Sequence record: SRR31156797_760
Length of the DNA stretch: 64,000 bases
Strand: one strand, 5' to 3'
Shown here: piece by piece, positions 9,419 to 18,425 of the stretch
Numbering within the stretch: the first letter of the stretch is position 1
How the letters are laid out: every line of letters begins with the position of its first letter
Notes under the pieces: generated by a model
Databases searched by the model: none
What the model was told of the DNA's origin: nothing
The model's input: the letters and a program-made list of their open reading frames with translations, nothing else
Made by a program: the position numbers and the translations under genes

Positions 9419-9486
9419 AGTGCCTCCAGTTGGTTGCAGGAGAGGTCGTTTGACATGCTTTTAAGCGGCTGTCTATTGTATTCGAC

Positions 9487-9792
9487 ATGATCGACAAAGC
9501 CACAGCCTTGCAAACCGTGCTACGCAAGCTCAAAAAGCTCCCGATAGAGCATGCTATCGACCTGCGCACTTACAAACGTAACAGGTCTGTGGTTATAAAA
9601 CGAATCGGCGAAGATGAATTCGACGTGGTGGAAAAAGGCTTCTTTGAAGAACGCTTCCTCGTGCCGCATTCAAAAATGAAGAAACTCCTGAAAATACTCT
9701 TAAAAAAAGAGTTTCCCCGATCAACAAAAATTCGCCTTTACGACCTCGGCCCCGCCGAAGCAGACCTCCACATCAAGCGAAAAAAGATATGA
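9487..9792 (+). CDS. Small basic hypothetical protein (paralog 1)
   Basis: Shares TYKRxRSV, ExGFxE and MKKLLKxLLKxEFPRS with the next ORF. Confidence 0.8.
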   Translation: MIDKATALQTVLRKLKKLPIEHAIDLRTYKRNRSVVIKRIGEDEFDVVEKGFFEERFLVPHSKMKKLLKILLKKEFPRSTKIRLYDLGPAEADLHIKRKKI

Positions 9793-10058
9793 TGCTCGAC
9801 ATAGCAAACGTTATCCCCAACACACTCACCCGCCTCAAAAAACTCATGCCGGGAAGCGGTCTGGAATTATTGACCTACAAGCGTGACCGATCTGTCCGCA
9901 TCGTTAAAAACAACGACAACGCCTTCACCATAACGGAATCCGGCTTTCAGGAAAACACGTTTTCATCCGACCTCAAAGGCATGAAAAAACTCCTCAAGAC
10001 TCTCTTGAAAAGGGAGTTTCCCCGCAGCAACAAAGTACGAATGCAAGAAATCACCTAA
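9789..10058 (+). CDS. Small basic hypothetical protein (paralog 2)
   Basis: ATGA overlap with paralog 1; gap-free alignment to it. Confidence 0.8.
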   Translation: MMLDIANVIPNTLTRLKKLMPGSGLELLTYKRDRSVRIVKNNDNAFTITESGFQENTFSSDLKGMKKLLKTLLKREFPRSNKVRMQEIT

Positions 10059-11395
10059 GCATATCCCTCTAGAGACGGCAATGTAACAACCACGGTTGTC
10101 CCGTCGTCTTTACTGCTCGTGTAATCAATGGTTCCCCCCATGCTTTCAGCCATAACTTTTGCCCCATAGGCTCCCAAACCGAGACCACCGGACTTCCCGA
10201 CCGTCGAATACTTTTCAAAAAAAGAATCTCGCACCTCTCGGGGGACTTCTTCCGAATTGGAAACTTTGAATGACAAAAACTTACCATTTTCCAAATTGAC
10301 ACGGACTGTATCCCCTATTTTCGAGGCCTCAAAAGCATTCGTCATCAAACAACCAAGCATCCGCATAGTCATTCCACTATCAACTTTAGCCCACAACATC
10401 TCATGTTTGCCTAAAGGATTCCCTTTGAAAGTCACATCCAGCTTCACTCCGCAAAAGCGTTCATCAGCATCAAAGCCTTTTGCCAACAGGTGAACCAGTT
10501 CAGCAACATTTACCAAGGACGGTCGAGGCTCCATCTGACCTGACTCTATCAATTGAAAATCAAGAGCCATGGACACATGGTTTAATAAAATTTCCGCCGT
10601 TCTGGTCATAACAGCCAGATCATCCACTTGCTCACTGGTAAAATTCTTGTTCTCCTGCATGGAACGAAGCATACCAATTATACCAGCCAACGGGGATCGA
10701 ATGTCATGAAGCATAAGCTGCTTGGTTTCTTTAAAAAATTGCTCAACCTTCTTGCCAGATGAAATATCCACAACCACGTTGGTTGTACCTATTGAGGTCG
10801 CTCCGCCGTTAAAGAAAGGAGAACTCCCCACCAATCTGACATCACCATTGCCAGAAACAACCTCTCCAACACTATACACACCACTCTTTAGCGCCTGTAT
10901 GGCGGGGCACCCTTCACAGGGGCTTTCTGTTCCAAAAAAACTTTCATAACACTTATGCCCTTTAAGCCCTCGTGCGCACTTTCCGCCCTCCTGAGCCGAG
11001 ACAATATCCATATCTGTATTTATTTGAACGACTTTCATATTTCGCAAACTGTGCAGAACCGCCATTTCAGAATCGACTACACATGACCGTGACGAAGATT
11101 TAGCCTGATGGACAAAACTGAGAAAAAGTTCCGGTGCATCGAAAACAGCACGACGAACCTCTTCTGACAACTTCCCATTCATTGCCATCAGCAAGTCTGG
11201 ATTCTCCTCCAGTTCACGTGCGAGAGCCAATACAGACCGCTCAGAAAGCGTTGCAGGCTCACCCCGCTCAACCTTGCTCAAATAGGAGTGGTGAATACCT
11301 ATTCTTTTCGCAACTTGCCGGATGGAATACTCTGGATTTTCTTTTCTTCGTAACTCACGCCGTCCTCGGATATAGTCTCCAAAAAGTATACTCAT
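10055..11395 (-). CDS. XRE-type HTH / Cys-rich PAS-like / histidine kinase fusion protein
   Basis: SIRQVAKRIGIHHSYLSKVERG (XRE HTH); KCYESFFGTESPCEGCP; H-box HDIRSPLAGI; N-box LMTNAFEA; FFEKY and GLGLG. Confidence 0.8.
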   Translation of the reverse strand: MSILFGDYIRGRRELRRKENPEYSIRQVAKRIGIHHSYLSKVERGEPATLSERSVLALARELEENPDLLMAMNGKLSEEVRRAVFDAPELFLSFVHQAKSSSRSCVVDSEMAVLHSLRNMKVVQINTDMDIVSAQEGGKCARGLKGHKCYESFFGTESPCEGCPAIQALKSGVYSVGEVVSGNGDVRLVGSSPFFNGGATSIGTTNVVVDISSGKKVEQFFKETKQLMLHDIRSPLAGIIGMLRSMQENKNFTSEQVDDLAVMTRTAEILLNHVSMALDFQLIESGQMEPRPSLVNVAELVHLLAKGFDADERFCGVKLDVTFKGNPLGKHEMLWAKVDSGMTMRMLGCLMTNAFEASKIGDTVRVNLENGKFLSFKVSNSEEVPREVRDSFFEKYSTVGKSGGLGLGAYGAKVMAESMGGTIDYTSSKDDGTTVVVTLPSLEGYA

Positions 11396-11601
11396 TCTCG
11401 CCTCATCAATGATCTATTTGTTACCAGAACAGGGTATACGTCTACTATACAGTAGCCAACAAACCACTGACAAGATTGATGATCCATCATCTTTTTATAT
11501 GCCGCCAAGTATAATCAGTTATGTCAACCAAAGCAGCAATATGCGAGATATTAATAATTATTCCTGCACATTGAAGAAAATCAATCCGAAATAATGCGAA
11601 C

Positions 11602-11631
11602 AAAAAAAAAGCGGCTTTGAAAGCCGCTTTT
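11602..11631 (-). terminator. Rho-independent terminator
   Basis: AAAAGCGGCTTT-G-AAAGCCGCTTTT with long A-run on the left. Confidence 0.8.
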
Positions 11632-11650
11632 CATAAGATTAAAGACAGAT

Positions 11651-12433
11651 TTATTTTAAAACCATATTTGAAGAAGATGTCGCAGGCTGATAATCTACCA
11701 ATTCCATGGTAAAATGGCCCACCTTGACCTTGGACTTGACCTTAACAGGGATGCGCCGGGCATCTGCCGAAAACCAGACGAGGAGTTCCGCGTCCTTGGA
11801 TTTCTTGAACACGCCAGACAGATGTTTGATATCCAATCGCACACGAAAAGCGTCGATCATCCCAATTCCAGTTTCGATGGTTTCCATGGCTTCCACCGTG
11901 GCCTCGCCCACCACGGACTTCTTGCCGTCGGATACATTCGCCCCGAATTGCATGGTCTTGTAGAGTATCTGCTTACGAAAGCTAAATAGAACAGACATGG
12001 GATCAAAAGCGTCCACAGGCTGATCGATAGTGTGCTTGAGTTCGCCCTTCACATATCTTCTGGACTGATTGGTTTTTTTATCAAAAACCAAATCAACCTT
12101 CTTATGGTACTTCCCTTCGTTTTGGTCCTTCTTGTATCGGAGGGAATGGCTGACATCCAGATCCGTCCATGCCTCAAGCACATCCCGAACCTTATAGAAT
12201 TTGTCCACCCACGGCACAGTGGTAGCCGTTGCCTTGAAATATCGAGCCGGAACACCATCCACTTCCGTGTCGGGCATAACTTCCAGCACGGCATCCCCTG
12301 CATGGATAAATGTCCAATGAATCTCATAGGTAAGTTTTTCACCTGGCCCAAAGGGCACTGTCCCGGCAGCAAAAGCGCAGGGAGCAAACAGTACAGCACA
12401 GAGCGTCAAAACGATGATAATAATTTTCTGCAT
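11651..12433 (-). CDS. DUF3108-like exported protein
   Basis: Signal peptide; PFGPGEKLTY, DPMSVLF and WFSADARRIPVK motifs. Confidence 0.75.
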   Translation of the reverse strand: MQKIIIIVLTLCAVLFAPCAFAAGTVPFGPGEKLTYEIHWTFIHAGDAVLEVMPDTEVDGVPARYFKATATTVPWVDKFYKVRDVLEAWTDLDVSHSLRYKKDQNEGKYHKKVDLVFDKKTNQSRRYVKGELKHTIDQPVDAFDPMSVLFSFRKQILYKTMQFGANVSDGKKSVVGEATVEAMETIETGIGMIDAFRVRLDIKHLSGVFKKSKDAELLVWFSADARRIPVKVKSKVKVGHFTMELVDYQPATSSSNMVLK

Positions 12434-12574
12434 ATAAGCACTTTCGCCATCTTTTACCGACAAGTCAAGATATGCCCCTCTAACCTCTTCGTTGTTATGG
12501 ACAAAAAAATGCACAAACGATACGAAAGAGACAGTGATGCCCTGATAACAATACGTTCACGAGGAGAAGCCCGT

Positions 12575-13063
12575 ATGATGTTGAGAAAACGCGCCTGGGA
12601 CATGATGCGCGACGAATACCCCACAGTACAGGATGATGCCAGTCTGGCCGAGACCATTCGCGTCATGCGTGAAGCCATGGTGGATGCCCCTGATTCACAG
12701 GTTGTGGTAGTCAAGAACAAGGGCGGCAAGCTCGTTGGGACCATCAACCTCTGGAAATTGTTCAAGGCAGTCAAAAAATCGGTGCTCAAGGATGACAATC
12801 TCAAAGCAGACGGCAAAGTGGACTGGGATCAACAGTTTGCCAACGCCTGTCTGATCTGCACCCAACTCCGGCTGGATGAATACCTCATTACCAACCCTCC
12901 CATACTCAAGCCCAACGACCCAATTCTTGTGGTGCTGGACGTCTTCCTCAAATCCCGCCGTGACTGGGCTCTTGTCGTTGAAGGCGACCGCGTCATGGGC
13001 GTGGTCTACGTCACCGACGTATACCGCGAAATGACCCGTGACATGGTCCAGATTTTCAAATAA
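12575..13063 (+). CDS. CBS domain pair protein
   Basis: GAGGAG SD; RAWDMM, GKLVGTI and VMGVVYVTDV CBS-like motifs. Confidence 0.8.
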   Translation: MMLRKRAWDMMRDEYPTVQDDASLAETIRVMREAMVDAPDSQVVVVKNKGGKLVGTINLWKLFKAVKKSVLKDDNLKADGKVDWDQQFANACLICTQLRLDEYLITNPPILKPNDPILVVLDVFLKSRRDWALVVEGDRVMGVVYVTDVYREMTRDMVQIFK

Positions 13064-13131
13064 ACGACTCTTGAACCGACCTCGGTAACGGGGTCGGACA
13101 ATAGTCACCTTCGACACGACAAGGACAGATT

Positions 13132-13854
13132 TTGAAACTGGATAAAACACTTCTCCAATTCCTGCGCGGTGAAATATTTTCATCAGGGTGCAACTTCACT
13201 CTGAAAGGCTCATTTGAAGAACGCAGCAGGCTCACTTATATGCAACGTGTGGTCAAAGGGGCCAAAGTGCTGCACATTGGGTGTGTGGATCATACGCCGG
13301 ACAAGGTAAAACGAAAACTCGCCAGAGGTGTCTGGTTGCACAAACTGCTCATGGACAGTGCCAGCCTGTGCGCCGGAGTGGATATCAATAAGGAAGGCAT
13401 TGAATTCCTTTCCAAAGAGATGAAACTTCCACACGTTTATTGTGGCAACATCCTCACTGACGAAATCCCCGGCGTCAACGACGTTCAATGGGAATATGTG
13501 ATCCTCGGCGAACTGTTGGAGCATGTGGATAATCCCGTACAATTTCTCGAAACCCTGCGCCAGAGACCGGGACTTGAAAAAGCCAAATGCATTATCACGG
13601 TTCCAAACGCCTTCCACTACAAGAATTTCAAAAAAGCCTTGAAGCAGTATGAAGACATCAACAGCGACCATCGGTACTGGTTCACGCCGTACACGCTATC
13701 CAAAGTTCTGGTCATGGCTGGCTACGATGTTGACGATATTCAGTTGACGCAGGACCGCGCCTTTACATTTTTCCCGCCTATTCCTTGGTTTCTCCTGAAA
13801 CGCTACCCACTCCTACGGAGCAAGGTTGTAGCTCTGGCTTCTCCGCCCCAATAG
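13132..13854 (+). CDS. Class I SAM-dependent methyltransferase
   Basis: VLHIGC, GVDIN, GELLEHVDNP and IITVPNA; TTG start after AAGGA. Confidence 0.8.
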   Translation: MKLDKTLLQFLRGEIFSSGCNFTLKGSFEERSRLTYMQRVVKGAKVLHIGCVDHTPDKVKRKLARGVWLHKLLMDSASLCAGVDINKEGIEFLSKEMKLPHVYCGNILTDEIPGVNDVQWEYVILGELLEHVDNPVQFLETLRQRPGLEKAKCIITVPNAFHYKNFKKALKQYEDINSDHRYWFTPYTLSKVLVMAGYDVDDIQLTQDRAFTFFPPIPWFLLKRYPLLRSKVVALASPPQ

Positions 13855-13870
13855 GCGCTGAAAAAAATGC

Positions 13871-13905
13871 AAAAGGCTCGGACGATTACTCGTCCGAGCC
13901 TTTTT
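13871..13905. terminator. Bidirectional terminator
   Basis: AAAAGGCTCGGACGA/TCGTCCGAGCCTTTT between convergent genes. Confidence 0.85.
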
Positions 13906-13928
13906 ATTCTTTTGTAAAGATTGAGGAC

Positions 13929-14942
13929 TTACGGTTTCATTTTCAAATCCATCATAAGCAGCATCTGCAAGGCTTTGGTAATTTCACGATCATATTTGGC
14001 ATCCTGAGCCAAAGCCATGGAAGCTTGTACCAGTCCCATGGGCTCAGCGTAAGGACGCTTGGTAATCATTGCGCAAAATGAGTCGGCCACGGCACACAGG
14101 CTGCCTGCAAAATCCTGCTTGATGCTCTTGAGAGGATAACCTGACCCATTGGCTCGTTCATGATGTTGAGTCACACACTGCTCGATTTCAGCGAACCGCA
14201 AACCGAGTTTATTGAGCATTTCATAACCGACTTTGGTATGAGCGTTAACCTTGCTCCTTTCATCACCGGTCAAGGGCTTGTCCTTGGACCGAATAAATGC
14301 CGGCACTTTGGCCATCCCAAGATCGTGCAGAAACAATCCGGCCAAGACATGATCAAACGTCTTGCGCTTCACTGCATCAGCAAATCCTTTTTCCTTGATC
14401 TTGCCCCACAGGGCCAACCCAAGAAATCCGGTGTTCACGGAATGATTCTCCAAAGAGTGCTCGGTATGAAGCCGACGAACCAGCGCACGAGAGCGGCGAA
14501 TATCCGTATACAAATATTCAGAAAGAACCATGAGGTCTACCCAGAGTTTCTCAAATACGGCTTTCACCGGTTGTTCAAAAAACTCGGCCAGCCTGCGGGT
14601 CAAGGCCTGAGTGAATATATCGGCAATCTCTTTTTCCTTGAGATTCCTGTCAACCAACACCAGATCAAGCTGATAGCTGATATGTTTGACGTACACGGAG
14701 TGATCTTCGCGTGAAACAAAGATCATCCCATCCTTGGTCATGGTGAGCAGTTCTTCGATCTGCTCGTTGGTCAAACGCCCCCCCACCTTGTAGTAGGGAA
14801 TAATCCGAGAAACATCTTCCTTGAACGAAAAGATGTTCAATGGTGGGCGATATTTGTTGAAACTGCCCAGAATATCGGCACTGATCTGATAGTATTCCTC
14901 ATTGAGACCGTCGGGGATGTCGTGTTTCTGCGCAGAAGTCAT
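13929..14942 (-). CDS. HD-GYP domain protein (putative c-di-GMP phosphodiesterase)
   Basis: LHDLG, HHERANGSGYP and VADSFCAM..RPY. Confidence 0.85.
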   Translation of the reverse strand: MTSAQKHDIPDGLNEEYYQISADILGSFNKYRPPLNIFSFKEDVSRIIPYYKVGGRLTNEQIEELLTMTKDGMIFVSREDHSVYVKHISYQLDLVLVDRNLKEKEIADIFTQALTRRLAEFFEQPVKAVFEKLWVDLMVLSEYLYTDIRRSRALVRRLHTEHSLENHSVNTGFLGLALWGKIKEKGFADAVKRKTFDHVLAGLFLHDLGMAKVPAFIRSKDKPLTGDERSKVNAHTKVGYEMLNKLGLRFAEIEQCVTQHHERANGSGYPLKSIKQDFAGSLCAVADSFCAMITKRPYAEPMGLVQASMALAQDAKYDREITKALQMLLMMDLKMKP

Positions 14943-16384
14943 CAGTTCTCTTCTTTTTTGAGCTTTTCATACAGCTTGACCACGTTGGTCTGGGTAACCG
15001 CCTTGCCCCTCTCTGGCTGCCCCGCTGTGACAACAACGATATCACCTTCATTGAAGGCAGAAGACTGCCGAACAAATACTTCAGCTCGCTCCTGGTGGTC
15101 GTCTATAACGTCCAGCGGTGCTGCAGGAATAACCCCCAATGAAAGATTTGTGAAGTGCCTAACCACAGAATCGGTACTCAAAGCGTAAATTGACTGCGCA
15201 GGACGGCACGAGGATAAAATTCGCGCAGTCGCACCAGATGTGGAATGACAGACTATGGCTTTGGCATCCACCTTGCCTGCCAACATGGCAGCGGCGTGGG
15301 CCAGGAAAGTGGACGGATGTTCCTTGACCCCATCCACGGCCACATTGCTCATACCGGTTTCAAACATATACGCTTCAATTTCGTATGCAATCTTGCGCAT
15401 AAACTTAACTGCTTCGCCCGGATACTGTCCTACAGCAGTTTCTTCAGACAGCATGACACAGTCTGCACCATCCAGAATGGCGTTGGCCACATCAGTTGTC
15501 TCGGCGCGGGTAGCCATGGGTGAATTGACCATGGAAAGCAACATCTGGGTCGCCACAATAACGGGTTTACCCAACTTGTTGCAGGCGCGAATGATCCGCT
15601 TCTGTGCAGTGGGCAGTTCAGCCAGATCCAATTCCAGACCAAGGTCACCACGGGCAACCATGATGCCGTCAGCCTCTTGAAGAATTCCATCCAGACAGTC
15701 CAGAGCTGCTATTCGTTCAATCTTGGCAATAATAGGCACACGCCGATTATATTGAATCATTTCGGCACGCAAATTACAGATATCCTCTGGTTTCTGCACA
15801 AAACTCATGGCGACTACGTCCACACCCAAATCCATGCCGATAGCCAGATCAGCCTTATCCTTGTCCGTCAACGGGGCAAGCGTGGTGGTTGTACCGGGAA
15901 AAGTGATGCCCTTCCGCGGTGGACAGATACCGGAGTTGGTCGCCACAAGACGTATGAGGTGTTTCCCTTCGACTTTGACAACTTTAAACCGTATGACGCC
16001 GTCACCAAGCGCGACAGGGTCGCCTTCCTTCACCCCATGGAGCATCTCGGGGATATCAAGACAGATGAATGGTCCACCATCTTCTTTATACTCGTCAGGG
16101 GTTCCCAACAGGACTTCAGTCCCCTTGTTGACCTCAAAAGCGCCGAGCCCTACATCACAAGTACGAATTTTAGGGCCTGACAAATCCTGAAGCACGGTCA
16201 GGGTGTACCCTGTCTCCTGCTCCAGTCGACGAATGATCTCCACCATCTTGGCAAAAAACTCTCGCCCGCCATGAGAAAAATTGAGTCGAAAGATTTTTGC
16301 TCCGGAAGCTACCAAGTCCCTGACGGCTTCGTACGTTTCGGTTCCCGGCCCCAATGTCGCAATTATCTTGATATGCCTATCCAT
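14942..16384 (-). CDS. pyk: Pyruvate kinase
   Basis: KIIATLGP, RLNFSHG, DLSGPKIR, IMVARGDLG, ATQMLLSM. Confidence 0.97.
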   Translation of the reverse strand: MDRHIKIIATLGPGTETYEAVRDLVASGAKIFRLNFSHGGREFFAKMVEIIRRLEQETGYTLTVLQDLSGPKIRTCDVGLGAFEVNKGTEVLLGTPDEYKEDGGPFICLDIPEMLHGVKEGDPVALGDGVIRFKVVKVEGKHLIRLVATNSGICPPRKGITFPGTTTTLAPLTDKDKADLAIGMDLGVDVVAMSFVQKPEDICNLRAEMIQYNRRVPIIAKIERIAALDCLDGILQEADGIMVARGDLGLELDLAELPTAQKRIIRACNKLGKPVIVATQMLLSMVNSPMATRAETTDVANAILDGADCVMLSEETAVGQYPGEAVKFMRKIAYEIEAYMFETGMSNVAVDGVKEHPSTFLAHAAAMLAGKVDAKAIVCHSTSGATARILSSCRPAQSIYALSTDSVVRHFTNLSLGVIPAAPLDVIDDHQERAEVFVRQSSAFNEGDIVVVTAGQPERGKAVTQTNVVKLYEKLKKEEN

Positions 16385-16596
16385 ACCAGCCTCCTTGTTC
16401 AGCCCCCACTCAAACGGATGATTTGCCCGAAATGGAAACGTCTTATGAGCTGAATTTACTCTTTTTTTGAAAAACCTAATCCCTCAAATTTACGGCAAGT
16501 CTAGGCCGCACCCCCAAAAAAAGCAATGATACTCGATTATTTTTGCCGATCATTCTTCGGCGGAGTGGTTGACTTTCCCTTGATTTTCAAGCACAG

Positions 16597-16642
16597 GTGG
16601 GAAGAAGTGGAAATCAGTGTAAAATTAGTGTAAGAATGTGGA
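16597..16642 (+). promoter_or_regulatory. MraZ-binding direct repeats
   Basis: GTGGG, GTGGA, GTGTA, GTGTA, GTGGA at 16597, 16607, 16617, 16628 and 16638, immediately upstream of mraZ. Confidence 0.8.
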
Positions 16643-16666
16643 ACACACGGTTGTTCCGGGGGAAAG

Positions 16667-17113
16667 ATGAAGTTTAAAGGTCACGCACACAGAAGCCTTG
16701 ACGACAAAGGACGGCTCATATTGCCGCCCGAGTTCAAGGATTTGATCCGCGCCGAATCACCGGACGCGGTCATGGTGCTGACCATTTACGACAAACATGT
16801 CATCGGCATCACCCCCGAGCAATGGACGTTGCTTGAAAGCGAACTTGACGGGATCAAGGCACCGAGTCGCGCCCTCCAGAACATCATTCGCCTTTTCAAC
16901 CTCGGCTACACCGAAATCAAAGTCGGCAAGCAGGGACGCATAGCCATTCCCGCGCACCTGCGCAAGTCGGGCAAACTGGAAAAGGAAGTGGTGGTCATGG
17001 GAGCAGGAAAACGGTTTGAAATCTGGTCTGCAGAAAGCTTCGACCAGCTGCTTGAAGAGGACAATGACGTGTCCGCAGAGCTGGCTGAAAACAACGTCGC
17101 CCTCCCCTTCTAA
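16667..17113 (+). CDS. mraZ: Division/cell-wall cluster repressor MraZ
   Basis: LDDKGRL, QGRIAIP, RFEIW; first gene of the dcw cluster. Confidence 0.95.
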   Translation: MKFKGHAHRSLDDKGRLILPPEFKDLIRAESPDAVMVLTIYDKHVIGITPEQWTLLESELDGIKAPSRALQNIIRLFNLGYTEIKVGKQGRIAIPAHLRKSGKLEKEVVVMGAGKRFEIWSAESFDQLLEEDNDVSAELAENNVALPF

Positions 17114-18093
17114 TGAAGCAGGGCAATCACGATCCAGCATCGCTGCACACGACTGTTCTTTTACATGAAGTTGTCGAGTGGCTTCGACCCAAACCCGGTG
17201 GCCGTTATATGGATGGCACGCTTGGTATGGGCGGCCACAGCCTGGCGCTGTTACAAGCGGCGGGCGACAAGGCCGAGCTTTTAGGGCTTGACCGTGACGA
17301 AGAGGCTTTGGCGCTAGCAAGAAAGCGTCTCGTGGATTTCGAAGACAGGGTTCACCTGTACCACACCCCCTTCTCCGGTTTTGAGGAAGCCCTGGATGAT
17401 ATCGGTTGGGATACGGTTGACGGCGCGGTTCTGGACCTCGGCGTCTCTTCCATGCAGTTGGACGTTGCTGAAAGAGGATTCAGCTTTGTCCACGACGGTC
17501 CATTGGACATGCGCATGGACCCGGATTCCGGCGCTTCAGCCGAAGATTTGGTCAATACGCTGAAACACGGTGATCTGGCGCGAATCATCAGGGTCTATGG
17601 GGAAGATCCCCTGGCCGGGAAAATCGCGTCTGCAATATTGAAGGCAAGGGACAAGGAACGAATCACACGAACGCTCCAACTGGCGAGTATCGTGAGATTG
17701 GCTTATCCGCCCAAGATGCGGCATACAGCCCGCAATCATCCGGCGACCCGCACCTTTCAAGGACTGCGCATAGCGGTCAACAGGGAAACAGAGGAACTTG
17801 AGTATTACCTTAAAACCATCATCGGACGTCTGAAACCGGGCGCGAGAGTGGCTATCATTTCGTTTCACTCCCTGGAAGACAGGGCGGTGAAGCATTCATT
17901 TCGGGATGCTGCCAAGGGGTGCAAATGCCCCCCGCATCAACTTCACTGCACCTGCGGCGGCATACCCGAAATGAAAGTGCTCACCAAGAAACCGTTGATC
18001 GCCTCGGACGCTGAAAGGGACGTGAATCCCCGCGCAAGGAGTGCCAAACTCAGAGTCGCGGAGAAGCTCGGACCAAACGGGGAAACCGTATGA
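17113..18093 (+). CDS. rsmH: 16S rRNA m4C1402 methyltransferase
   Basis: DGTLGMGGHS, DLGVSSMQLD, SFHSLEDR, NPRARSAKLR. Confidence 0.97.
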   Translation: MKQGNHDPASLHTTVLLHEVVEWLRPKPGGRYMDGTLGMGGHSLALLQAAGDKAELLGLDRDEEALALARKRLVDFEDRVHLYHTPFSGFEEALDDIGWDTVDGAVLDLGVSSMQLDVAERGFSFVHDGPLDMRMDPDSGASAEDLVNTLKHGDLARIIRVYGEDPLAGKIASAILKARDKERITRTLQLASIVRLAYPPKMRHTARNHPATRTFQGLRIAVNRETEELEYYLKTIIGRLKPGARVAIISFHSLEDRAVKHSFRDAAKGCKCPPHQLHCTCGGIPEMKVLTKKPLIASDAERDVNPRARSAKLRVAEKLGPNGETV

Positions 18094-18374
18094 GCAAGAC
18101 CGACAAAACACTCCTTTGGATGACACTATGCCTTCTTGGCATGGCGCTCACTCTTGGCTTGGGAGCTGTTTGGTTGAACATTGAACGTATGGATCTCGCC
18201 TATGATCTACGCAAGATGGAATTGAGTCTGGACCAGAAAGAGGATCTGGCAGTGAAGCTGACGGTTGAGAGGAACAACCTGGTTTCACCATATCAGCTCA
18301 AGAAGCTCGCAAGTCGGCTTGACTTGGGAGTGGCCGCGCCGGGACAGATACGGCGAATAACGGACACAAGGTAG
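18090..18374 (+). CDS. ftsL: Cell division protein FtsL-like
   Basis: Single TM plus coiled coil, between rsmH and ftsI. Confidence 0.75.
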   Translation: MSKTDKTLLWMTLCLLGMALTLGLGAVWLNIERMDLAYDLRKMELSLDQKEDLAVKLTVERNNLVSPYQLKKLASRLDLGVAAPGQIRRITDTR

Positions 18375-18425
18375 CTTCGCGTACTGCCATATACGCGCCG
18401 CACAGTGGGAACAACAGGGATTACA

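Noticed and set aside
12032-12574. N-terminal half of the 343-aa ORF 12032..13063
   Set aside because: It is antisense to the DUF3108-like gene; the CBS protein has its own SD and ATG at 12575.
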